DNA from: a bacterium
GTDB taxonomy: Bacteria; RUG730
Direction of reading: 5' to 3'
DNA length: 64,000 bases
NCBI GenBank assembly: GCA_031551405.1
Contig: JAVBNQ010000005.1
Span: 33,743 to 97,742 of the forward strand
Made by a program: the position numbers and the translations under genes. The stretch's first letter is position 1. Each line of letters begins with the position of its first letter. Of the stretch, positions 46,082-56,216 are shown one piece after another. The notes under the pieces are model-generated. The model worked only from the letters and a program-made list of their open reading frames with translations, was not told the origin of the DNA and searched no databases.

Positions 46082-47101
46082 CTATTTTTCCTTGAGAATT
46101 TTATTCAAAACTTTTGTAATGTAATCGACAAAACTCGCCATTTTATTATAATTCATACGTTTCGGTCCAATTATTCCCAACGCACCAACAGCATCATCGC
46201 CAATCTTGTACGTGCTCGCAATAAGGCTATAATTTCTCACACTCCCACTTTCTTCTGTTTCCGGAATATAAATTTTCACGCCATCAGTAATTTTTGATAA
46301 GTCAGAAAACAAATTTTTCACAAATTTATCGTCTTGGAAAATATTTTCAAATGAATCTCTCACATCAATTTTTTTACGCAAACTAAAGTTTTCTTCCAAA
46401 TAACAAATCTCAGTTTCAAAAATATCTGTTAAATCGTCGACAATATTATTCAAAAACAAAGAAAATAATTCCTGTTCTTTTTGTTCCTCAATAATAATTT
46501 CCAGTACATTTTCTTTTAAACTCGAAACCGATTTTCCTTTAAATTTATTATTCAAAATCACATTAAGATTATAAATTTTCCCCGTCTCAATATCAAATTT
46601 TGACTGAATCACTTTATGTTTTACTAAGCTATCTTCCGTCACAATTAACAACAAAAATCTATACGGCGCGAGTTTCGCAAGCTCCAAATAATTAATCTTG
46701 CTCTCCTTGATATTTTGCGCAATCACAAATCCGGCGCATTCGCTAATTGCAGCAAGCATTTTTGAAGTCTGCGCCATTATTTTATCAAGCTCTTTTATTC
46801 GCGAATTGAACTCAGAATTTACACGTTTTTCTTCATCTTTCGTTAATTTTTGAATCTCCATTAAAAAATCGATGTAATAACGATATCCGTCGTCAGTAGG
46901 CACTCTCCCGGCCGAAGTATGCGGATGCGTCAAATATCCATCTCTCTCGAGGCTAGCCAAATCATTTCTGATCGTCGCAGGACTGTAGTCCAGACCATAA
47001 TTATCACAAATATATTGGGAACTCACCGGTTTTCCGGAGCGTATGTACTCTTTAATTACAAGATCCAAAATTTGTTTTTTTCTATCGTTTAATTTATTCA
47101 T
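46082..47101 (-). CDS. hrcA: Heat-inducible transcription repressor HrcA
   Basis: 339 aa; N-terminal winged-helix region (RKKQILDLVIKEYIRSGKPVSSQYI...); position first in the hrcA-grpE-dnaK-dnaJ operon with CIRCE upstream. Confidence 0.85.
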   Translation of the reverse strand: MNKLNDRKKQILDLVIKEYIRSGKPVSSQYICDNYGLDYSPATIRNDLASLERDGYLTHPHTSAGRVPTDDGYRYYIDFLMEIQKLTKDEEKRVNSEFNSRIKELDKIMAQTSKMLAAISECAGFVIAQNIKESKINYLELAKLAPYRFLLLIVTEDSLVKHKVIQSKFDIETGKIYNLNVILNNKFKGKSVSSLKENVLEIIIEEQKEQELFSLFLNNIVDDLTDIFETEICYLEENFSLRKKIDVRDSFENIFQDDKFVKNLFSDLSKITDGVKIYIPETEESGSVRNYSLIASTYKIGDDAVGALGIIGPKRMNYNKMASFVDYITKVLNKILKEK

Positions 47102-47145
47102 TTTTCAATTTAAAATACAATTTAGCGTCATAAATAACCCATAAT

Positions 47146-47172
47146 TTAGCGCTCTATATGCTTGAGCGCTAA
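47146..47172 (-). promoter_or_regulatory. CIRCE operator (HrcA binding site)
   Basis: TTAGCGCTC-N9-GAGCGCTAA, a perfect 9-bp inverted repeat with 9-nt spacer, one mismatch per arm from the canonical TTAGCACTC-N9-GAGTGCTAA; located immediately upstream of hrcA. Confidence 0.75.
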
Positions 47173-47200
47173 GTATATTAAGTTTTTTTTTATTTGTCAA
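47172..47200 (-). promoter_or_regulatory. Putative sigma-70-type promoter of the hrcA operon
   Basis: On the minus strand TTGACA (47200..47195), 17-nt spacer, TATACT (47177..47172), directly abutting the CIRCE element. Confidence 0.5.
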
Positions 47201-47252
47201 ACATTTTCAATTTTTAAATATAAGTTTTGATTTTTTTAGGTCACGTCGAGAA

Positions 47253-48032
47253 TTACTTAGAATTCAAAGTCATTTCTCGAATGATTAGGTCGGTAATGTC
47301 TGAGGCTTTGTCGGAATAAGCAAGATCGCTCTTGTCGAAAATAACGCTATATCCAAGCTTTTTTGCTATGAAATTTATGTTATCGTAAATTTTTCCCATC
47401 GTATTGTGCAAATATTTCTTCTCTAGCGTTTCTATTTCTTTCTCAACTTTTTTTTGATATTCGAGCAGTTCTTTTTTGCTTGTCTCGATTGATTTTTTCA
47501 AAACTTCCGGTTCAATTTTTTCAATTTCCGTACTTTTTTTAACGTCAAAACTATCGATACCTTGATTCAAAACTTCTTCTTTTTTTATTTCAGTTGAAAT
47601 TTTTACAGAATAATTTTCTGGCAAATCTTCAGTATTTTTTGTGCTTGTTGAGTCAGAAATTTCGAATGTTTCTTTTTTTGCGTCGGGAACTTCAGGTTTT
47701 TGAATTTCTACGTTTTTTGCCAAATTTTCAATTGTAGCAGTAGTCTTTTGCATTTCCTCTGAAACTTTTGTATTTTCCGTAGATTTTTCTACTTCAAAAA
47801 GTTTTGTATATTTTTTTTCCATTTCGTCTATTTGCGCTTGCTTAAATTCCAAACTTTTTCTGAGTTGAACTTTTTTTATCTCTAGATCTTTTTTTTGTTC
47901 TTTTGTTTTTGGGTACTCGTTAAAAATTTTTTTCATATCAACTACAGCAGTTTTTTCAGTATTTATCACTACAGCAAATAAAAAAGTATTACAAAAAAAC
48001 AAAAAAATTAACAAATTAATCCATTTTTTCAC
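47253..48032 (-). CDS. OmpH/Skp-like periplasmic chaperone (tentative)
   Basis: Signal peptide, long K/E-rich coiled-coil body, C-terminal ...GYSVIFDKSDLAYSDKASDITDLII resembling the OmpH family. Confidence 0.5.
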   Translation of the reverse strand: MKKWINLLIFLFFCNTFLFAVVINTEKTAVVDMKKIFNEYPKTKEQKKDLEIKKVQLRKSLEFKQAQIDEMEKKYTKLFEVEKSTENTKVSEEMQKTTATIENLAKNVEIQKPEVPDAKKETFEISDSTSTKNTEDLPENYSVKISTEIKKEEVLNQGIDSFDVKKSTEIEKIEPEVLKKSIETSKKELLEYQKKVEKEIETLEKKYLHNTMGKIYDNINFIAKKLGYSVIFDKSDLAYSDKASDITDLIIREMTLNSK

Positions 48033-48057
48033 AACAACAAATCCTTTGTTATAATTC

Positions 48058-49812
48058 TTAGGCTTTCAGTACAGCGCCTTGATCAGCGCTCGTTACTAGT
48101 TTCGAGTATCTAAGCAGCCAACCACGTTTTACTTTTGGCTCGAACTCTTTTAAATGCTGAAAACGCTTTTTTATTTCTTCGTCGGAAAGTAGTACGTTCA
48201 AGCTTTTCTTATTTATGTCAATCTCGATGATATCGCCATCTTGAAGAATTGCAATCTCTCCTTTTGCCGCAGCTTCAGGAGACACGTGGCCGATACAAAG
48301 TCCGCGAGTTCCTCCGGAAAATCTTCCGTCTGTGATTAGAGCAGCTTTGATTCCGGCGCCTTTGATAGCTGCCGTCGGAGAAAGCATTTCTTGCATTCCG
48401 GGTCCGCCTTTTGGTCCCTCGAATCGAATTATTACAGCGTCGCCATCTTTCACTTCTCCGGCAAGAATGCCTCTTATTGCGTCTTCTTGCGAGTCATAAA
48501 TTTTCGCTTTGCCTCGGAAATTAAACATATCTTTTTCAACGCCGGTCGTCTTCAAAACTGCGCCGTTTTTTGCAAAATTCCCAAACAAAATCACAAGCCC
48601 ACCTTGACTTGAAAATGCGTCTTTCACATTTTTTATAATTTTTCCGTCTGCTTCAGGCGACAACAAAACATAATCCTTCAATTTTCCGTAACAAGTCTTT
48701 TGCTCTAAATTCAAAAGTGACGCACTTTCCTCGAAAATTGTTTTGAGAATCGTGCCCATTCCGCCGACTTTTTGTAAATCCTCGATGTGAATATCAGGAT
48801 TCGACGGCGAAATTTTTACAATATTCGGCGTTTTCTCAGAAATTTCGTTCAGATATTTCAAATCATATTTTATTCCGGCCTCACTCGCTAAGGCCAATAG
48901 ATGCAAAACCGTGTTCGACGATCCACCAATTGCCATGTCAAGAACAAAAGCATTATCAATCGACTGTTTTGTGAGAATATCGAGAGGTTTCACGTTTTTT
49001 TTCATCAGATCAATCAGCGTGAATCCGGCTTTCTTGACGAGATCAACGCGGTCTGGATTAATTTCAAATTGTCTTATTTCGCCTTCCCTCTTTTTTGTCG
49101 CCGGAATCGTCCCGTTTTTCGGCAGAGCAAATCCCAACACTTCTCCGATACAATTCATCGTGTTTGCTGTGAACATTCCGGCGCAGCTTCCGTAACCCGG
49201 ACACGCCGTTTTAGCTAAATCTTCAAGCTCAGCGTCCGAAATTTTTCCGACTGCATTCACGCCGACTGCCTCGGACACAGAAATCAAATCTTTATTTTGG
49301 CAACTGGCGAGCATCGGTCCGCCGCTCACGTAAATCGACGGTATATTCAATCGCACCATCGCATTGTACATTCCCGGCACGATCTTGTCGCAATTTCCAA
49401 TCCCGATCCAACCGTCGCAAGGATGCGCAGAAATTATTGTTTCAATTTGATCTGTAATTAATTCTCTCGACGCTAACGAATATTTCATGCCGTAATGTCC
49501 CATCGCAATTCCATCACAAACTGCTCCTCCGATATTCGTGTACCAGACGTTTACGCCGAGACTTTCCAAGTATTCTTTCAAAATATAACCAAGCTTATCG
49601 AGGTGCGCGTGACCCGGAATTTGCGTTGAAAAAGAATTTACGATCGTCACAAACGGCTTTTCCAAATCTTCCTTTTTTTTGATAAATCCCTCGGCAAACA
49701 TCAAAGAAATATTAGGTAAAGTGTGTTTTGATTCTTTAAAAACTTTGCTGCCTTTTTTACGAACGTTTTCTATTCCGTCTTTTATAATTTCAGTCGCCAT
49801 TTTTTGCCTCAT
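48058..49812 (-). CDS. ilvD: Dihydroxy-acid dehydratase (IlvD/Edd family)
   Basis: 584 aa; IlvD/EDD family signatures including CDGxxxG (AVCDGIAMGH) and SGGPM regions. Confidence 0.85.
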   Translation of the reverse strand: MRQKMATEIIKDGIENVRKKGSKVFKESKHTLPNISLMFAEGFIKKKEDLEKPFVTIVNSFSTQIPGHAHLDKLGYILKEYLESLGVNVWYTNIGGAVCDGIAMGHYGMKYSLASRELITDQIETIISAHPCDGWIGIGNCDKIVPGMYNAMVRLNIPSIYVSGGPMLASCQNKDLISVSEAVGVNAVGKISDAELEDLAKTACPGYGSCAGMFTANTMNCIGEVLGFALPKNGTIPATKKREGEIRQFEINPDRVDLVKKAGFTLIDLMKKNVKPLDILTKQSIDNAFVLDMAIGGSSNTVLHLLALASEAGIKYDLKYLNEISEKTPNIVKISPSNPDIHIEDLQKVGGMGTILKTIFEESASLLNLEQKTCYGKLKDYVLLSPEADGKIIKNVKDAFSSQGGLVILFGNFAKNGAVLKTTGVEKDMFNFRGKAKIYDSQEDAIRGILAGEVKDGDAVIIRFEGPKGGPGMQEMLSPTAAIKGAGIKAALITDGRFSGGTRGLCIGHVSPEAAAKGEIAILQDGDIIEIDINKKSLNVLLSDEEIKKRFQHLKEFEPKVKRGWLLRYSKLVTSADQGAVLKA

Positions 49813-49869
49813 GTAATTTAAGATTTAGAGTATTGACTTTCGATTCCGCTAAGTCGCTGAACAATATAT

Positions 49870-50505
49870 TTATCTTGAACGAACAATATCTTTCACCTTC
49901 ATCAGCCGAGTTAAAGTCGATCGTTCAGCTTCTTCGATTTTACTCGAAATACTTTTGATTGTTTCAAGTAATGAAGGAACCATCGTATACTCGAGCGCAT
50001 TAACTCTACGACGCGTCTTTTCCATTTCACTTGCCAAAACATTCACTTTCATTTCCAGATCCGCAAGTTTTATCATCTCAAACAAAAGATTTGTTTCTTT
50101 CTCAATCGTGTTGTCGAATTCTTTTGAAAGATTAAAAAAACGTGTTTTAAGATTATTTTGAGATGCAGAATCTTCTTCTAACGAAATACTATAATTTTCA
50201 ACTTTGATTCCAACTAAATGATTTTCGCTTTTATCGAGTTTAATTTTTTTAAATGGAATCTTGAAAGCAGCTGATAACACATACGGAAGAGAAGTTGATT
50301 TTGAAATGACATAACTTTTTATTGCTTGGGCCAAAGAATCATCGATAATTTTTCTCTGCGCCTTCAAGTCCTCGACTAATCCCATAAAAACCCTGACCAG
50401 CTCATCCAATTTATCCTTCAAAAGCTTGTGCCCACGCCGAGCCATCACGAGTTTATTTTTTAAATTTATAAGCTCCATCCTAGTCGGATTAACGTTTAGC
50501 GCCAT
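49870..50505 (-). CDS. atpD: V-type ATPase subunit D
   Basis: 211 aa; N-terminus NPTRMELINLKNKLVMARRGHKLLKDKLDEL is the V/A-ATPase D signature. Confidence 0.85.
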   Translation of the reverse strand: MALNVNPTRMELINLKNKLVMARRGHKLLKDKLDELVRVFMGLVEDLKAQRKIIDDSLAQAIKSYVISKSTSLPYVLSAAFKIPFKKIKLDKSENHLVGIKVENYSISLEEDSASQNNLKTRFFNLSKEFDNTIEKETNLLFEMIKLADLEMKVNVLASEMEKTRRRVNALEYTMVPSLLETIKSISSKIEEAERSTLTRLMKVKDIVRSR

Positions 50506-50512
50506 TTTTTAC

Positions 50513-51883
50513 CTATTTTTTGAGATATTTTTCAACGAACTCGTCTTTAATACGCTTAAGCTCAGTTTTTGGTAAGCTGGCGAGCAATTCCCAGCCAATA
50601 TCGAGGGTTTCTTCAATATTACGATTTTCATATAAACCCTGTGTAATGAAATTCAACTCGAACTCATCTGAAAATTTCGCATAAATTTTGTCTAGATCAG
50701 TTAGCGCCGATTCCCCAAGGACAATCGCGAGTTCCTTTGCTTCTTTGCCTCGAGCGTACGCTCCGAAAAGCTGGCTAGTCATTTGAGCGTGATCTTCTCT
50801 AGTTTTTCCGTCCCCGATGCCTTTTTCTTTCAAACGTGATAAAGATGGCAAAACGTCAATGCTGGGACTTATGCCTCGTCGCATCAAATCTCGAGAAATA
50901 ATCACTTGTCCCTCAGTAATATAACCGGTCAAATCCGGAATCGGATGAGTTTTATCATCTTCAGGCATAGTCAAAATCGGCAAAAGCGTGATCGAGCCCT
51001 CGGTATTTTTCAGTCGCCCCGCTCGTTCGTACAAGCTTGACAAATCCGTATACATATAACCAGGATAACCTCGTCTTCCCGGAATCTCTTTTCGAGCAGC
51101 TGATACTTGCCTCAAAGCCTCGCAATAATTCGTCATATCCGTCAATATCACCAGAACATGCATTCCCTTATCAAACGCCAAATATTCTGCAGTTGAAAGC
51201 GTCATTCTGGGAGTAGCAATTCGCTCGATCGCCGGATCATTCGCCAGATTCAAGTACATAACAGATCTCGAAATTGCGCCCGTTTTGTTCAGCTCGTTTA
51301 TGAAATAATCCGACTCCTCGAACGTAATTCCCATTGCTCCAAAAACTACCGCGAATTTCTCGTCTTTCCCTCGAACTTTTGCCTGACGAGCGATCTGCGC
51401 TGCAAGCTCATTATGCGCCATTCCGGACCCTGAAAAAATCGGAAGTTTCTGCCCTCGCACTAAAGTTGTCATCGCGTCGATGCTAGAAATTCCTGTTTGA
51501 ATAAACTCTGACGGATAATTTCTTGCGCTTGGGTTAATCGGTAAACCGTTTATATCAACTTTTTTCTCAGGAATCAATGCCGGGCCGCCGTCTTTCGGCC
51601 TTCCAAGCCCGTCAAAAATTCGCCCGAGCATATCGCTTGATAGCGGAATTTCAATGCTTTTCCCAATAAAATTCACTCGGCTTCCTTTCAAATTTAAACC
51701 TGAGGTTCCCTCAAAAAGCTGTACCAGACATTTGTTCTCTGAAACTTCAAGAACTTGACCACGTCTCATCTCTCCATTTGCGAGTTTTATTTCTGCCACC
51801 TCGCCATAGCTCACATTATTCGTAGCCTCGACCAATATTAGCGGCCCGACGATAGCACTCAGTTCCGTGTATTCTTTTTTCAT
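50513..51883 (-). CDS. atpB: V-type ATPase subunit B (non-catalytic)
   Basis: 456 aa; alpha/beta ATPase fold sequence without a canonical P-loop ([18 protein letters not shown]). Confidence 0.85.
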   Translation of the reverse strand: MKKEYTELSAIVGPLILVEATNNVSYGEVAEIKLANGEMRRGQVLEVSENKCLVQLFEGTSGLNLKGSRVNFIGKSIEIPLSSDMLGRIFDGLGRPKDGGPALIPEKKVDINGLPINPSARNYPSEFIQTGISSIDAMTTLVRGQKLPIFSGSGMAHNELAAQIARQAKVRGKDEKFAVVFGAMGITFEESDYFINELNKTGAISRSVMYLNLANDPAIERIATPRMTLSTAEYLAFDKGMHVLVILTDMTNYCEALRQVSAARKEIPGRRGYPGYMYTDLSSLYERAGRLKNTEGSITLLPILTMPEDDKTHPIPDLTGYITEGQVIISRDLMRRGISPSIDVLPSLSRLKEKGIGDGKTREDHAQMTSQLFGAYARGKEAKELAIVLGESALTDLDKIYAKFSDEFELNFITQGLYENRNIEETLDIGWELLASLPKTELKRIKDEFVEKYLKK

Positions 51884-51935
51884 TTTTGCCTCTCATCACA
51901 AAAAATTACAATTCTTAACTTCTAAATAAGTTCTC

Positions 51936-52895
51936 TTATCTACTGGAAAAACTATAATTTCCATCGAGATACGCATTTATTTTGCTTGTCACATCAAGCG
52001 CTAATTCCAGAGCATTTCTCCCGTGGATTCCGGAAACTTTCGGCTGTTTTCTATTTAAAACACAATTCACAAAATCCTCAAGTTCTAAAAAAAGAGGTTC
52101 ATTTTTTTTAGGAGAAAATTTCACAATTTTTATATCAGAAAAACTTTCGATTTTTTCCTTTTTTTTAGTAAATAATTTAAAAGATTGGCTTTCGTAATCG
52201 AGTGAAATATACGAGTTCTCACTGAAAATCCTAATTTTACGTAATTTTTCCATCGAAATCCTGCTCGCGGAAATATTTGCCACGCAACCGGTTTCGAATT
52301 TGAGTCGAACATTCGCGATGTCGTCGAAATCGGAAATCACTCTCGTCCCAATTGCGTCAACTGAAATTACTCGCGAATTTGTCAAAAACAAAACCATGTC
52401 TAGATCATGGACCATCAAATCGAGAACAACTCCGACATTTGTTGCTCTCTGGCTAAAAGTTCCAAGTCTATTAACCTCGATGTATTTTGGATTGTCAATA
52501 TATTTTTGAATTTCTATAATGGCTGGATTAAATCTCTCGATATGCCCGACTTGTAAGATCAAATCGTTTTTTGCAGCAATCTCTATCAGTTCATCGGCTT
52601 GTTCGAGAGTAGATGTAATCGGCTTTTCAATCAAACAATGGATCTTGTTTTCAAGAAAAAACTTACTTACTTCGAAATGCAGCGGCGTCGGAACAACAAT
52701 GCTTACAGCATCAATTTTTTCGAGCATTTCACGATAATCTTGGAAAAATTCCGCTTTGAAATTTTTCGCTATTTTTTCACCTTGAATTTTGTCGACGTCT
52801 GAAACTGCGACAAGATGTACATTTTTGAGATTTGCATAATTCCTGGCATGATGTTGCCCTAGACTCCCGACTCCGACTACTCCGACTCTCAGCAT
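51936..52895 (-). CDS. Gfo/Idh/MocA-family NAD-dependent oxidoreductase (GnnA-like candidate)
   Basis: N-terminal Rossmann motif VGVVGVGSLGQHH; 319 aa; immediately upstream of a DegT-type aminotransferase and the lpxI-lpxA pair. Confidence 0.75.
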   Translation of the reverse strand: MLRVGVVGVGSLGQHHARNYANLKNVHLVAVSDVDKIQGEKIAKNFKAEFFQDYREMLEKIDAVSIVVPTPLHFEVSKFFLENKIHCLIEKPITSTLEQADELIEIAAKNDLILQVGHIERFNPAIIEIQKYIDNPKYIEVNRLGTFSQRATNVGVVLDLMVHDLDMVLFLTNSRVISVDAIGTRVISDFDDIANVRLKFETGCVANISASRISMEKLRKIRIFSENSYISLDYESQSFKLFTKKKEKIESFSDIKIVKFSPKKNEPLFLELEDFVNCVLNRKQPKVSGIHGRNALELALDVTSKINAYLDGNYSFSSR

Positions 52896-53980
52896 AATTG
52901 GAATCCTTTAATACAATTTGTAACTGCTTCCAAATCCTCTGATCGAAGCTTCGTGTGAATAGGCAAACAAACGACTTCTTTGGCAATTCTCGAAGCGACT
53001 GGACAATCAAAAAACTCGACCTCACGATAAAAAGTCTGCTCGTGAACTGGAATTGGATAAATTGGAGCTGCGTTTATTCCGTTTTCATTCAGGTAAGCCA
53101 GGAATTTATCTCGGTATTTTTCGTTAATTCTAAGCGTAAATTGATGAAAAACGTGTTTTGCATTCGCATTTTCCGTCGGTAAAGTAAGCCAGTCTAGACC
53201 TTCCAAATTTTTTAGATAAAATTCTGCGTTTTTCTTACGTTTCTGCGTAAATTCTTCTAGCCTCGAAAGCTGAACAATTCCGATCGCAGCTTGCATATCC
53301 GTAAGCCTAAAATTGTAACCCAATTCCGAATGAGAAAATCTGCCGCTTCGGCCATGATTGATGAGAGATCTTATTTTTTCAGCCAATACGTCGTTATTCG
53401 TCGTTATCATTCCGCCTTCGCCTGTCATCATATTTTTAGTCGCATAAAAACTGAAAGTACCAAATTCGCCAAAACTTCCGACCTTATTTCCTTTATAGCT
53501 TGCGTCAACAGCCTGCGCACAGTCCTCGAAAATTTTGACATTATACTTTTGCGACAGATACAAAAACGCGTCCATATCACACGGATTCCCGTATAAATGA
53601 ACTAGCAAAATTGCTTTTATATTTTTTTGTTTTTTTAGGATTTCTTCGACGTGATTTGGGTCGAGATTGAAAGTTTTTTCGTCAATATCAGCAAAAACAA
53701 CTTTTCCATCGCAAAATAAGATGGAGTTCGATGTAGCGATAAAAGTAAATGGCGTTGTTGCGACTTTATCGCCTGGATTTATCCCGGCAGCCAGGAGTCC
53801 CGCGTGAAGAGCGGTTGTGCCGTTTGAGACGCAAATCGAATGTTTGACTCCATTAAATTCGCAAAATTTTTGTTCAAACTCTTTAACTTTAGGTCCACTC
53901 GCCAAAATGCCGCTTTCCAAGACTTGCATTACAGCGTCTTTCTCGAGGTTCGTAATGTCAGGTTTTGATAAATCGATCAT
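52889..53980 (-). CDS. DegT/DnrJ/EryC1/StrS-family PLP-dependent aminotransferase (GnnB-like candidate)
   Basis: 363 aa; family-typical sequence including FSFYATKNMMTGEGG with the putative PLP lysine. Confidence 0.8.
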   Translation of the reverse strand: MIDLSKPDITNLEKDAVMQVLESGILASGPKVKEFEQKFCEFNGVKHSICVSNGTTALHAGLLAAGINPGDKVATTPFTFIATSNSILFCDGKVVFADIDEKTFNLDPNHVEEILKKQKNIKAILLVHLYGNPCDMDAFLYLSQKYNVKIFEDCAQAVDASYKGNKVGSFGEFGTFSFYATKNMMTGEGGMITTNNDVLAEKIRSLINHGRSGRFSHSELGYNFRLTDMQAAIGIVQLSRLEEFTQKRKKNAEFYLKNLEGLDWLTLPTENANAKHVFHQFTLRINEKYRDKFLAYLNENGINAAPIYPIPVHEQTFYREVEFFDCPVASRIAKEVVCLPIHTKLRSEDLEAVTNCIKGFQLC

Positions 53981-54784
53981 TTAAACTCCATAAACCGCGA
54001 TATTATTATCGTCGGCAATTTTCAAACATTCATCTTTATCGAAAAACAAAGTCTTCCCGGCTTCAAAACAAATGCAAGCTGCGCCGACTTTTTGCAATAT
54101 TTCAAACGTTTTTTTCCCAACAACAGGAACATCAAATCTCTCATCTTGATTCGGTTTATTTACCTTTGCAACGACAATTTCTTTTCCAGCAAGCTTGTAA
54201 GCTCGCAAAATACATTCATCAGTTCCTTCGAGCCCTTCGACTGCTACAACAGCTTTGTCTTTCACAACTACGGTTTGTCCGATATCAAGCCCAGCGATTT
54301 TTTTCGCAGTCTCTAAGCCAAACAAAATATCTTCAAAAACTTGTTCCGAGACTTTTTTACTCGTCAGAAAACCTGTTGATTTCGGCAACCATTTTCCCAT
54401 AAAAGTTATTGACGAAATGAGCTCAATGCCTTCCTTCGAAAGCTCAGTAGCTACTGCTCCCAAAATACTGTCAGTTTTTTTATTCGCGATTGTTGCAAGC
54501 AGTTTTATAGCGCGGAAATCGAGTTTTATCTCAGTAAAAAGCTTAGTGTGAATTACTTGTCCGCACATTATTGCTTTTGTGACGTTATTTTTTTTTATTA
54601 TCTCTATGATCGTGTTTAACTTTCCGATGTTTGACCAAAAAACTTTATATCCAAAATTTTCGATTTTTTCGTCGGTTTCGCCTTTTAACGCAATTATTAT
54701 CAAATCTTGATTATTGTTTTTTGCCTCGCTCAGAAACAAAAACGGAAAATTTCCATTGCCGGCTATGAGAGCCAATTTTTCCAT
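53981..54784 (-). CDS. lpxI: LpxI-like protein (DUF1009; UDP-2,3-diacylglucosamine hydrolase candidate)
   Basis: 267 aa; N-terminus LALIAGNGNFP... and overall size resemble LpxI; immediately downstream of lpxA. Confidence 0.55.
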   Translation of the reverse strand: MEKLALIAGNGNFPFLFLSEAKNNNQDLIIIALKGETDEKIENFGYKVFWSNIGKLNTIIEIIKKNNVTKAIMCGQVIHTKLFTEIKLDFRAIKLLATIANKKTDSILGAVATELSKEGIELISSITFMGKWLPKSTGFLTSKKVSEQVFEDILFGLETAKKIAGLDIGQTVVVKDKAVVAVEGLEGTDECILRAYKLAGKEIVVAKVNKPNQDERFDVPVVGKKTFEILQKVGAACICFEAGKTLFFDKDECLKIADDNNIAVYGV

Positions 54785-54787
54785 AAA

Positions 54788-55561
54788 CTAATCTCTCGTA
54801 ATTCCTCGTTTAGAATTTTTGATGAAATTGATAAAATGCTTTACTTCGTCCGACTCAAAATCCAGGTTGTCCAATTCTGAAAGAGCCTGACTCATAAGTT
54901 TTTTTGACTCAAAAATAATTTTGTAAGCTTTTTTCAGCTCGGAAATAGTCTCGTCTGATATATTTCTTCTCGCTAACCCGATGGAATTTAAACCATAATT
55001 TTTTGCAGGGCTTCCGGCGATTTTACAAAAAGGCGGAACATCCTGTGAAATTCTGCTCGCACCGCCGACAATTGCATGTTTCCCGACTCTAACGAACTGA
55101 TGAATCGGTGTTAGGCCACCGACTATTGCAAAATCCTCGATTTCAACGTGACCGGCCAAAGTCGCATTATTTGCAAGAATGGCATGATCACCGATTATAC
55201 AGTCGTGCGCGACGTGAACATAAGCCATCAAAAGTATTCCATTTCCAATTTTTGTTTCGCCTGCTGCTATAGTTCCTCGATTTATCGTTACATATTCGCG
55301 AATTGTGCAATTATTGCCTATCGAGACTGCAGTCGGTTCATTTCTGTATTTTAGGTCTTGCGGTTCAGTACCGATAATCGCGCCAGTGAAAATCCTGCAT
55401 TTTTTGCCGATTTTCGTGTGTCCATCTATTACAACATTAGCGCCCACTTCAGTCTCATCGTCGATTTTTACGTTTGCGCCAATTATTGCGTTAGGTCCAA
55501 TTTTTACATTTTGACCAAGAATTGCTTTCTCGTCAATGATTGCAGTTTTATGAATTAACAT
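54788..55561 (-). CDS. lpxA: Acyl-[ACP]--UDP-N-acetylglucosamine O-acyltransferase
   Basis: Left-handed beta-helix hexapeptide repeats; start moved to ATG 55561 (MLIHKTAIID..., AGGAG upstream) instead of the track start at 55600. Confidence 0.85.
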   Translation of the reverse strand: MLIHKTAIIDEKAILGQNVKIGPNAIIGANVKIDDETEVGANVVIDGHTKIGKKCRIFTGAIIGTEPQDLKYRNEPTAVSIGNNCTIREYVTINRGTIAAGETKIGNGILLMAYVHVAHDCIIGDHAILANNATLAGHVEIEDFAIVGGLTPIHQFVRVGKHAIVGGASRISQDVPPFCKIAGSPAKNYGLNSIGLARRNISDETISELKKAYKIIFESKKLMSQALSELDNLDFESDEVKHFINFIKNSKRGITRD

Positions 55562-55612
55562 TTTTTTATTTTTCTCCTCTAATTTTTCAAAAAACAACAT
55601 TTAAAAAATATT

Positions 55613-56077
55613 TTAACTTAAAAATTTCCTTTTTGAAACAAAAAAATCTTTCAGCAAATCTTCGCATTTTTGTTGCATTATTCCGGATTTTACCTCGATT
55701 TTATGGTTAAAACTTTTATGTTCACAAAAAGAAAAAAGTGATTCTACGCTTCCAACCTTTGGATCAAATGCTCCGAAAACAAGACGCTTTATCCGAGCCA
55801 GCACGAGCGAATATGCGCACATCGGACAAGGCTCGAGAGTCGTGTAAAGTGAGCATTCGTTCAAGCGATAATTTTTCAGATATTTCGAGGCATTTCGAAG
55901 GGCAATTATTTCGGCGTGAGCAGTAACGTCAGCATCCAAAATACTTTGGTTATGTCCGCGAGCGATTATCTTCGATTCAAAAACAACTATGCTCCCGACT
56001 GGAACCTCGCCATTTTCCCAGGCTTTTAAAGCTTCGTTATACGCTTCATTCATAAAAAATTCATCAAGATTTTTCAT
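55613..56077 (-). CDS. tadA: tRNA-specific adenosine deaminase
   Basis: 154 aa; CDA zinc-binding motifs HAEIIALR and PCPMCA. Confidence 0.85.
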   Translation of the reverse strand: MKNLDEFFMNEAYNEALKAWENGEVPVGSIVVFESKIIARGHNQSILDADVTAHAEIIALRNASKYLKNYRLNECSLYTTLEPCPMCAYSLVLARIKRLVFGAFDPKVGSVESLFSFCEHKSFNHKIEVKSGIMQQKCEDLLKDFFVSKRKFLS

Positions 56078-56216
56078 ATGTCTATCGTCATATTTTATAA
56101 AATGTTGGATTTTACATTATTTAAAATTTTTTGGCAAATATAACTTTTAAATTAACGAAATTTTGTATATAATTCAAAAAATTTAATAGCGAGGATCGTC
56201 TTCAAAAATAAAAATT

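Noticed and set aside
50513-51883. V-ATPase B as a flagellar/T3SS FliI-type or catalytic A-type ATPase
   Set aside because: No Walker A P-loop (GxxGxGKT/S) is present; sequence matches the non-catalytic B subunit pattern.
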